A stretch of DNA of 64,000 bases from Macrostomum lignano (lineage: Eukaryota). The DNA lies in assembly GCA_002269645.1 (NCBI GenBank), contig NIVC01002838.1, positions 1 through 64,000 on the forward strand. The letters run 5' to 3'. How positions within the stretch are numbered: the first letter of the stretch is position 1; each line of letters opens with the position of its first letter. The position numbers and the translations under genes were made by a program. Below the pieces are notes generated by a model. That model was not told the origin of the DNA. It saw only the letters and a program-made list of their open reading frames with translations, and made no database searches. Below are positions 38,301 to 49,300 of this stretch, one piece after another.

Positions 38301-38913
38301 GCGCCCTAATACGAGTTCCTTTTCGACAGCTACCTGTTCTATCGGTTGACTCTGTTATGGAATGAAAGCAATTGAAACTCCTCCATTCAAGAACGGCTGA
38401 TTTAGGCCCCAATCACCTTGACAACAAGGTAAGGTAAGAAGGATGTATATTTTAATTTTGACTCTGAAAAGCCTTTGATAGAGCTTCCATCCTGAAATTT
38501 TAATTTAAAATTATTGATAAAGCCGAGAAAAAATAAACCGGGTCTACAATAAGCAATTAAACAATAAAGCTGATATTTAAAAGTTTATTTATGGCGTTCA
38601 TATATTACAGCAAGTCTGTAGGTACACAAGACTATTTAATTAACAGCATCACGGACGGGTAGCTATTTTTTGCAAGGAACGGTCTCGATCGTTTGATGTT
38701 AAAATGTTTAGAAAATTCATATAGATACTCGTAAAAGCAAAGATAAAAAAGCGTTCCTGGGCTCATGAAAAATTCAAAAATGTCGGGAAAACTTGAACAA
38801 AATTAACTTTAACTGGAAATAGATCTTTCCAGAGGGAGTTGGTATAACTGATATTTATTTCAAAAAATAGTTGTTCATAACCTTTTGTTAATTCCTGACG
38901 TTTTACAATCAAT

Positions 38914-39915
38914 TTACACTCCGAAGAAAATTTTATTGATGGTTTCTTCCGGTAGATTCGTATTAGAAACCGCCACGGCTCTGACCACACCATAAAGCAT
39001 GAAGGTGCCGTCATACCGCCAGCCCACATGGATGCAGGCTCCGGCTTGGTTAAAGCTGTTCGTCCGAGCGAAGACGCCGGCAGTCGGTAGAAACTTTGAT
39101 CCATAGAAGAAGCGAGTCAGGTTCTGCTGCCTCCTGAATGAGACGCCAGCGATGAAGAACTCGTTCGGGTCCGCAGGCAGCACCGAGCCGGTCTGGAATC
39201 TGGCGAAGTAACCCGGGTTCAGGAAGAGGGCGCGACTCACTCCGGACATTACTGAGTACTCTTGCAGGTGGTCGAGCATGCTGCCGGATCCGATGCAGCT
39301 GCTCAGTTCTAAAAAGCTAGCTAAACCTGGCGTTCTCTTCAGGTGCAGCACCCAGGTGTAGGATGCCGTGAAGTCCAGACCTGTGGGGTCGTCCACCCAC
39401 AGCCAAGACGAGACTCCGTCCATGCGAGCGCCCTCACTCGTCCAGGTCACATTGAGCGACTTCATGGGGTTCCTCTGTCCCTCGGAGCCACACACCAGGT
39501 TCTCCAGCGCCGGTCCCCTGTCTCCGACCCACACAGCGCTGAAGTGCTCGTTCGCAGCGATCGCGTCGTACTCCGAGTCCACCACGGTCTCGCAGGAGCT
39601 CTCAGCGGCCACTCCTGCAGTCGGTGTCGTCGAGGTCATGTTGAGCAGGCGGCACACCTCACCGAAGCGGAACAGCGCGCAGGAGGCGTCTCGCTTGTTC
39701 CGCTGCACCACGCCGACGCTGCCGAGACGGAGAGAGCGACTGGACGAGAAACAGTTGATCATTGAGGCCGAGGGCTGAGGCTTCTGCCACACCGCCAAAG
39801 ACAAGTTCAGGCACTTACGCTTTGATATTTTCAGCTTCGTGATTTGGAGGCTCTTTTGAGCATTGCAGCTGACTAGCAGGGCACTCAAAACTATTAAGAA
39901 GAAGACAGTATTCAT
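38914..39915 (-). CDS. Secreted PAN/apple-like + ConA-like (LamG) protein, paralog A2 (333 aa)
   Basis: Intact ORF. Start placed at ATG 39915 (MNTVFF...) by alignment with A1, not at 39996 as in the ORF track. Confidence 0.88.
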   Translation of the reverse strand: MNTVFFLIVLSALLVSCNAQKSLQITKLKISKRKCLNLSLAVWQKPQPSASMINCFSSSRSLRLGSVGVVQRNKRDASCALFRFGEVCRLLNMTSTTPTAGVAAESSCETVVDSEYDAIAANEHFSAVWVGDRGPALENLVCGSEGQRNPMKSLNVTWTSEGARMDGVSSWLWVDDPTGLDFTASYTWVLHLKRTPGLASFLELSSCIGSGSMLDHLQEYSVMSGVSRALFLNPGYFARFQTGSVLPADPNEFFIAGVSFRRQQNLTRFFYGSKFLPTAGVFARTNSFNQAGACIHVGWRYDGTFMLYGVVRAVAVSNTNLPEETINKIFFGV

Positions 39916-41454
39916 TTCGAGTGTCTTTACAAGTTTAAATAAATAGATCGTATATTTGGTTTGGTGTTTTACAGAAATGCATTCAGAATTTATCAATTTA
40001 TTGGACGGAGCTCAGGACTTAGAGATGTTGAAAATGTTTTGATTGGCTGAGATAGTTTGCAACGAATTTCCACAGAGCGGGATTGCTAGACCAAGAGCAT
40101 CTGAGGTACACTGCACTTCAGTTGTCCCTGGGTGCATGGGTGAGGATATACAAAAAGTTTTAGCAACAAGTTGACTACAAGCAAGAAACCGCATAGTGAC
40201 TAATGCCACTGTGCCTTGAAGCCCCAAATTCAGGCCTTAATGGCGCCATGGTTCTTTGAAGCTGGAATTGTCCTCCAACACTCAACTCCAACTAGTCAAC
40301 ACTCAACTCCAGTGAGTTCACTCTCACCCAACTGAAAAAGGACCCGCCATCTTGTCTGTGAACTTCGGAGACGCCCCTGTGATTTGCGATCCCTGCTCTG
40401 GGCATCCGATCACAGCTGTGACCGAGAGCAGCATCGTCGCAGGTCGATCGCTGGTAGACTCTGGTCAATTATGTCACGGTCGCCTTGGTCAGCCAGACAC
40501 TCTGCATCGCTGTTGGCAGCGTCGATCAAATAAAGATTCAACAGTCCTACTGTACATGCAGGCTTCGTCACACGCAAGGTATTAATGGTGTTTTTAAAAA
40601 ACATAATTACTGAATCCCTGCCAGTTGTCATTTGGCCCAGTGACCATTTTCAATGCAAGGTAAAAATACACTAGCATTGATCTGCTGCGGTAAGGGTAAA
40701 ACCAGCCTGTATCTGCCTTGGAACTGGGCTAATTCACCCACAATTCCATGAAAATCCATGAAGTTATACGTGTACATGTACCTACATGTACTGTGTCATG
40801 AGATCAAAGTCGTGCCCCAACCCACCGTACGTGACTTAGAAGCTGCGACCAGCTCCGAGTGACTCAATTTTAGTGCTTGACGGTGCATGCATTACAAAGG
40901 CGTGTGAATTTGAAGATGTACATGTAAAAGGGTAAAATTGCTCAACTTTCAGACATAGCTCGAGCAGCAATACACGAAACACGAGCTTTATTGGGCGACT
41001 TTTGTGAAGCGACTATTGGGTGCTTATAACAATGCCCTCCTAGACTCCTGTCATGGAGAAATCATTCATGATCCATGATCCATGTCAATTCATGCAAGTC
41101 AATGAAACTTTCATGGATGCATTCTTTTGCTCCATGCTTTTATCATGGATGGAAGCACGTTCGTATGTTTCTCTCAAAAAATATTTATGTGCCATTGTTT
41201 GCCATTTTTTTTCTAAGCAAACAATGTAGAAAATAACAAAAAGTAGTACTTTACTCACTTTAAAAATTTTGTAGACTACATTTTTGTTTTTTGCAATACA
41301 TCTATTGTTCTAACCATTCTATAGCGTACGTCGAAGTTGTGTTTTTTTAATGTCACTTGCTCGATCGTTTATTTAGTATATTCCCCTTATGTTATTTTGG
41401 CTAGTAGAAAACCGACGAGACCGGTTCTATATCCACAGGATCCTTTGAAACTTC

Positions 41455-42215
41455 TATCTTCTCTTCTGTTTCCTCTCTTCTCTCTCCCCTTTTCTTTCTC
41501 CTCTCTTCTCTCTCATCTCTGCTCTCTCATTTCTCATTTCTCCTCTTATCTTTGCTCTCTTATCTCTTCTCAATTCTCTCTTCTCTAGCTCCTATCTCAT
41601 TTCTATCATCTCATCTCTTCTCTCATCTTTCCTCTCTTCTCTCTTTTCTCCTCCCTTCTCTCTTCCCTCTTCTCTCGTCTCTCCCCTCTCCTCTCCTCTC
41701 TCCTTTCCTCTCTCGCCACTTCTCTCGTCTCTCGTCTCTCTTTTCTATGCTCTCTCATTTCTCCTTTCACATTTTTTATCTCTTCTCTTTCTCTCTTCCC
41801 TCTTCTCTCCTCCTTCCTCTCTTCTAACATCTCTCTACTCTCTTCTCTCTTGTCTTGATCATCTCTCCTATCAACTCTTTCCGGTCTGATATATTCTCTC
41901 TCATCTATTATTTGTACTTTCCTATTTATCATTTCTCCTCTCTTCTCTTCTATGAACTCTTCTCATCTCATCTCTATTCTTTATTCTCTCTACTTTCTCT
42001 TCTTTACTCTCTCATCTCTCATGTTATATGTATCTCTCTGCCCTCTCATATCTTTCTTTCCTTCCCTCTCTCCCCTCTCCTCTTTTCTCCCTCTTTTCTC
42101 TCCCCTTTTCTCTCCTCCTTTTCTACTCTCTCCCTCCCGCTAATCCCCTGTCCTCTCCTCTCTGTTCTCTCCCCTCTGCTCTCTCCCATCTTTCCCCTCT
42201 TCTCTCTTCTCTCCC
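41455..42215. repeat. Pyrimidine-rich (CT) low-complexity tract
   Basis: Almost pure C/T with scattered A. Shares segments with the reverse complement of 50780-51960. Confidence 0.85.
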
Positions 42216-43344
42216 AGTCTACCTGAGCATGCCTAGGCTATCTATTTCCCAGTCCCAGCAGGAGGGCATGCATGGTCGTCGCGGCAAGCAATTTACATGT
42301 ACCTGGTACATGTACGCATCAGCTTAGATAGTTTAGGAGAAACTCGAAATTTGTTGTAGACGTAATTTTTGTTGCTCTTCAATAGCTAGGAACTAGTATA
42401 GGCTGCATGATGCACATTTATTAGGTAGCTAGCTATTTTGTAGATAAATTTAAGTTGCTTCTTGACCATCTCAAGGTTTGCTATTATAGGTTACGAATTT
42501 CAAAGTTGTCAATTAAAGAGGAATTCTTTTGTTTCACATTGGAGCTTGAGCTTGAGATTGAGCTGTTATATACAGTGTATATCCTTGGAGTGGCAATCAC
42601 TATATAAACCGCGAGTGTCAATTTGGCGCAAAAATTGGTGTACATTTTTTTTCATTCTAGATATATACCTGCTTATTTTAAATTGGCATTTTTTTATAAA
42701 AAAGCTTCAGCACTTCGTCCGCTACAATAATCCGAAATTAATGCCGAAACAAAAATGCGGGACATGCGCGCCCAGATGATGCAGCTACAATTTTTTGTTC
42801 TAAGCTTTTAAAAATGTGTTTGCACATTACATGTACATGTATGCGCCAAGTCGTACTGCCCTCAGAAGGTGCAGGAAGTGCTGCTGCTAACGCATACTTA
42901 GAGACACCTTGTACCATGAAGTGAGGACTGCTGGCTTAAGCAAGTTTTGTTATTGATATTTTTGTATTTGATGGGCCAGTCTCGTTATTGGAGCTATTAC
43001 TGTTATTATGTTATTATTAAACCGGCTTTTGGTGATGGGTAAGCTCAGTAGCTCATTCCTAATTTTTTATTTATACATTTTTAATTATAATCGCGTTATT
43101 AACATTCATTATATGCGTCGTGGAACCGCCTTGGCTACGAAATCCGTTGCTTTAGATTTGTTTAAAGTGTTAAAAAAGCCGCGAATTTATGATTCTTCTA
43201 CAATCTTCGAAATAAAATTTTTTTTTTGATTCAACACAGTGACACGGGTCTTACTCTTAAACTTAAGTCCTTAAGTTCAAGGAAACGCCTTGGCGAGTTT
43301 AAGTCTTCTATTTTAGAGCCTGCTACAGTATTTATATAGGTGAA

Positions 43345-46300
43345 ATGGCGCTATTAATTGGTCCCTCTAGCGTTGGGAAAAGTTTACTCCTTAAGCGACT
43401 TACCACAGACGAAAAAGATAAAGATCTAGTTGCGACTGTACCATCGGTAAGTTTTTTTCAATGACAATTTTTTGTTTAGTCAAGCTTTTTACTGATAATA
43501 CGCAGGAAACTTTGTAAAATTTCATGCTTTTGCCTTCAGAATGGTTAAAGTCTAACTTACCAAAACTAACTTGTAATTAAATAAGTATACTTTAAATTTG
43601 ATAGTGTAAGTGTAAGTGACACTATATCATTTTTGCATTGTAAAAATGCAAATAAAGCAATGTTAGAACATAGAAAATACAGAAATCTTGCACCTTTTTC
43701 CAACAATAGTCTTCATAGGTGGCATAGGTTTAATGCACTGCCTTTGCTTTATTATCTTTTTAGCAAAACACAAAAATCATACAAGCAGTTTATAAGATAA
43801 AAAGTAATAAATAATAGTTGTAAAAACTTGTGTGTATATAATACCACTAAAATTAAGTATACAATAAAATAAATAACTTTTTTATTTGAAACTTCAAATA
43901 AAGGCTAATTATAATTAGTTAATTATAAAATATTAATAGGAAGTTTTTTAAGTAGCATTAGCAGGTGTAGCAAAAAGTTTCGCATTGCATGATTCATTAT
44001 GCAATGAATCAAAGCAATTGATGTTTTAATGCAAGCAATAAAGTTCACAATTTTACCTCATTATTGAAGTTCATTAATAAGAAATTAGTACATTTGCTTA
44101 ATCATCTTTATAAAGAGAGATTAATTAGACATTCCATACTCTGAATCATATAGTATATACTCAAAAATTTGGGTGTGCATTGGCCTTGCACCATGCCAAA
44201 AGTTGCATGCCAAAAGTAGGCATCCACAGTTGGCATGTATCACTCCCAAAAAATACACTTGGCATGTCCTAATACTAAAACTCTAGCAATGTTTGTCTGT
44301 GTGTGTGTGTGTGTTGCAAGTGAACTCCTACAATATTTGCAAGTCAGTAGAGGTCGGACGGGATCCCGATCCCGATCCCGAAACCTCGGGATCCCGAGGA
44401 AAATTGGATTCCCGCGGGATCGGGATCCCGACCCTAAAAAAAACGGGAATCGGGAACAGGTCCTTTGGTTCCAAATTTGTAGAATTGATGATTGCTTTCA
44501 TGCATTTTGTTTTACTTGTACTTGTTACATCGTTACTTTTTTGGTTACAAAACTTTGCATTCATTCTCTCGTGTTTTACCTCTTGATCTTAACATTGTTA
44601 AAGTTATAAATATTCCATTGATATTTACAAACTTTGTAGAACATATAAATCAAATCGGATTAGTATGCATGGTTGCGCAATGATTAGTGAATAGAAATTA
44701 CAGAAGCTCAATACATGCGCAATCTCTGCTGCGATTAAAATTTGATCACTCCCTTTTCACTCCATTATAAGAACACAAAAACTTTTTTTTCTCCCTTATT
44801 TTAGCACGTCTAGGCCTGTGATTGTGTGCGCAAAGGTTATATAACTTGCGCAATCGTTTATTAATTTATTTTCACTGTTTCAGTTTCATCATTTTTGGGC
44901 GTGAAATCTGAGGCGTGAATTCAGTAGTTAGTGTTAACACATGTTGCTTGTAATGTTGTATCTTAAATAGCTTTTTACTTTTTGTGTAATGTAAATAATG
45001 TTTTTTTAAATGTTATGATCGTTTGTTTTATTTTTAATTGCTAAAATAAAATAAATAAACCGAATGTCTTTAGACAGGATTTACATCAATATTTTCCATT
45101 CCAAATGCTTTCCAATTACTTAACAAATCACTTATCAAGTCATCATTAATTCATTCATCAGTCGTTGTGCAGGTGGAAAGTTGCAAACTTCTGTTGTTTA
45201 TTTCTCAATAAAAAGGCAGTCGGTGGATGCTACAAAAATGGTACATGTACATTTACGAGTGTAACTTCCTGATTTGCCTCACAGAGATGGAGATCTTAGT
45301 GATATGGATAACGTGAGTGCCATCGGCAGAAACTGTTCGCTTTAAACAAGCAACAAAAAACAGGATATAAGAAAGCACAACAGCAGACAAAGTAGGCAAT
45401 ATTTTACTTTTGCACGTTTAATTATTTTACTTTGAATTAGTGTTGAAGTAGGACATCGTGATCCACCTTACAAATATAGATAAATTGTGTTATATTTTAA
45501 AAGGCTAAAATTTCATATCACTTTCTATCAAATCTACAAATTTGTTAAATGTTTAAGGAATAAGGTCCTCAGGGATTTTATATTGCTTTTTATAATGTGG
45601 ATCGCAACTTCCTTTTTAGCGCCAATCTAAATTGAAAAAGTAACTGCGTAAGCCGTAAAGTAAAAAATGCCTAAAAATCCGTAACAAACGTCTCTAGCAT
45701 TGGCAAAGTGCATCTTCGAAATTATTTTCCGGCATTGAAGTCAACAAATGGCAAATTAATCTTACACAAAACAATCTTTTCTAGCGAATCAGGTGACAGA
45801 GAAGCCCGCCTATCTGAGAAAACATTTCCAGCAATACTAAATAGCCTTTCACTAGAAACGCTAGATGCAGGAATGCAAAATAGTTTTTTCACTAAGGGAA
45901 TAATCGAAGTCCGAAGCCTTTCAGTTGCCTTTGTAGACCAGTAGATAAGTGGATCACTACTGGCTGGCTCCAGTTTTGAGGTTAGAAACTCCGTCAACAG
46001 CTCTTCAATGCAGCTGCTGGGCTGCAGCACTGAGTTGGCATTAAAATTACTGAACAGATCGTCCAGAAGATGGCGCTTTGGAGGAGGGGGCTGGTCAAAA
46101 GCTTCCCTCGTGCATTCATCATCCTCTGGAGAAGGCGAACTTGCAAAGTTGCCATTGCCAGAAGTTACTTCTTGTTCTTGTCTACTATTATGACCAGTGA
46201 CAGTAGTAGTCGTAGAACAGAATTCTAACACAATCTTCTTCTTCTGGTCTCTCTCAGCAGCAGGGAAAAAAGCAAGCTTGTAACGCGGATCCAGGGCTGT

Positions 46301-49300
46301 TGCCAGGATGCAGTCCAATCTGATAGGGATGTCAGAAAATCGCGAATTGACACCACGTACCAGTGAATCAAACAGCGACCTCACACCCGAAATTGCATCC
46401 TTATCGAGTGCTGCTTTTTCGAGAAACTTTTGCAACAGTGCAACCATTGGAATCAAATATGAGATGCTGGTTGACTCTTTGCTAACTTCCAGAGTTAGCT
46501 CTTCAAAAATTGAAAGCAGATTAACTACTTTTTCGATTATGGTAAATTCATTGCTCGAAATTTCTTCGAAATCCGATCGATCAGCAACGAAGGCAGAGAT
46601 AGCACTTTGCTGTTCCAAAACTCTTTGCAGCATGTGTAATGTAGAGTTCCAACGAGTTGGAACATCACACTTGAGCTTGTGCTGTGGCAGCTCCAATGCT
46701 TTCTGAAGCTTTTCAAATCGGCCTTGAGATGTTGTTGAATGGTGCATGGAGCTAACAAAGCGTCGGCATTTGCCTATAATTGCCTCAACACACGGTTGCT
46801 GCTTAAGTGCATCTTGCACAATCAGATTCAACTTGTGAGCTGCACAGCTCACACTTCCTCCGATATTCTCCGAGAAATTGGAGTCAGCAGTAGCACCATT
46901 GGCTGAAGAAGGTAGCATTGTGCGCACTGCCTTCAGCATGTTAGCAGCATTGTCAGTAACAATTGCTATTGTTTTACTTTCGATACGCCAGTCAGCGAAA
47001 ATCTCAGTCAGCACATTTGCAATGTTAGAAGAAGTGTGAACTTCAATCAGATGTTGCATAGCCAGTGTTGTGCTAAATCTCTCTAGCTTGCAGACTTGAG
47101 CTTGGGTGTTGTCGTTGCAACAATCAGCCTCAGAGACGGAAAGCATTTCTTTGATTCCGTGGACTGTGAGTCCAAGGAAGGACAGGCCTTTTTCAGACCA
47201 AATGTCACAGGTAACTGCCACTGAGGTCAAGTCGTCAAGCTGCTGCCTGATGTTCTTCTTGGCACAGTTGTACACATCATTGAGCTTTTCGCGGTAAAAT
47301 TTTTCAGACTTAATTGTATACTGTGGTGATGCAATCTTCATCAGGCCTTGAAATCCTGCTTCTTGAACCATGGTCCATGGTTGACCATCCAACAATATCA
47401 TACGAACAATTGCTAAGTCAAGTTCCTTTGACCTGGAATCCTCGATGTCCCATGGACGGCTTTTCTTAATTGATTGTTGCAATGTTGGCTGGAAAAGCCC
47501 TTCAGCTTTTGAGCTCTCCTTCAGTTTCTGGCTGTCTCTCTGCTGTTTAATTTGTTGGAGCTCTTCATATAAGTCCTTATGGCATGATTGTAAATGGCGA
47601 AGAGCCCCACTTGTAGATCCAGTGGAACACAGTAACATTTTTCCACAACCTGGGCTTAAGCATTTAGCAAAATCTTGTCCATTGTGCACTTCCTTTTTAA
47701 AAAAGCGCCAGACTGGACTTGAGTTTATACCAGACATTAGGTTGATAACTTGATGTTAATTTGACTTGTATATGGTGTAGCACGTGTGCTGAAAATGGAA
47801 AATGATGAAACATTAGTTATACATGTTTACAATCTACATTATAAGAAAATATATAAAAAATATAGGCACCTAATGGTTTTATAATTATTTTTATAGTTTG
47901 TTACTGAAAGTACTAAACATAAATAGTTTAAATCAAATGGCAATAAACTAGGCCTATTTAGTGACTAGTAATGATAATGAGATAATAATAGCAAGTTGAT
48001 TGTTGAATAATAAAAAATTCACTGAATTATTTGAATAAAAACTATAGATTGAAAAATGAAATAGCATGCTACGCTAGGATATTCAATGCCTATGCCCTTA
48101 TTCACTATTTTTTCAATAAGATTTTTAGAGACATTAAATACAGGACAAAAGCCTAGTATTATTCTAAGGAATAGGCTAGATTACGTTAAAATCAATTGAA
48201 GAATTTAATTACAAAAATAATAATCAAACTGAACTCCTAACTCTATTCTATTAAATAATTCTTAATATTGACTTGACAATAAGTCAGAAAATTTTGAAAT
48301 TCAAACAAATAGTCACACAAAAAGACAAGTGATAAAATCAAAAAAATTGCAAAAAGGTCTCTACTCTATATAACATATTGATAAAAAACATTTGCAAAAT
48401 TAAAAGTATTAAATTTATTTAACAGATTAAATCCCATTTTTTAAAAATAAATCTTTTTGATAAAAAAGAATTTTTTTATTGACAAATAAGCTACAATTTA
48501 TACTACAATTTATTCTGTTATTGATGAATAGAATACAATTGATTAAGTCAATTGTCATTGAACATAGTGATAATGAAGTAACCACTTTATCTAATCTGGC
48601 ATATTTCTAGCTAGCTAACTTTAACTTTTTTGCATTTTTTGTTAATAAACACTAAATAGTTTTCAATGGAATATACACCATCACCATACTGCTATATAGT
48701 ATATGCTATGAACGTTCAATAAATTATTTTGACTTCAAATTTGTGCTTAGCAAACAGTTCTAAGAATTCCCATAGTGAAACAAACACAAATAACTAATAA
48801 TTTCAAAATTTGTAGCCAAAATAATTTGTTGATTTCAGGTATCAATTATAAACAAATTATATATGTACTAAATATACAATCTACATTTGCTTGTTTGTAA
48901 CGGTTGACAGACTTGAAATTCTTGACCATCATTATTACGAAATGCAAATAAATATAGAAATTTACAATCCTATATACTAAAAATGAGTTGATTGTTTGTA
49001 CGCACCACGCAATCGATTAGAGAAAAACTGGCTGGATTTTCTCTTTTACTTTTACTTTTACTTCTACTTTTTTCAATTTTTTTTTCAGTTGATATAATAA
49101 ACTTGATAATTAACATAATATCGTGTCTATTATGTTAATTATTGAAAGAAAGTCCCAAGCAATCAGTTTCAGCATCAGTTTCAATTTTTCTAGCTTTCTA
49201 TGCTAAAATATTTTAGGCCAAGGTTTATACATTCCATATATACTACATTTTTTCTCTATTTATTTAATTTATAAAATATATTAATTTAAAAGTAAAAACA

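Noticed and set aside
38170-38400. CR1/L2-like 3' remnant (YRLTLLWNE)
   Set aside because: Too short and degenerate to support a call.
39916-39996. 27-aa N-terminal extension of A2 in the ORF track
   Set aside because: Not present in A1, and it would displace the signal peptide.
41337-42327. Ser/Leu-rich or Arg/Glu-rich ORFs (also 50662-52141)
   Set aside because: Low-complexity CT/GA tracts, not protein-like.
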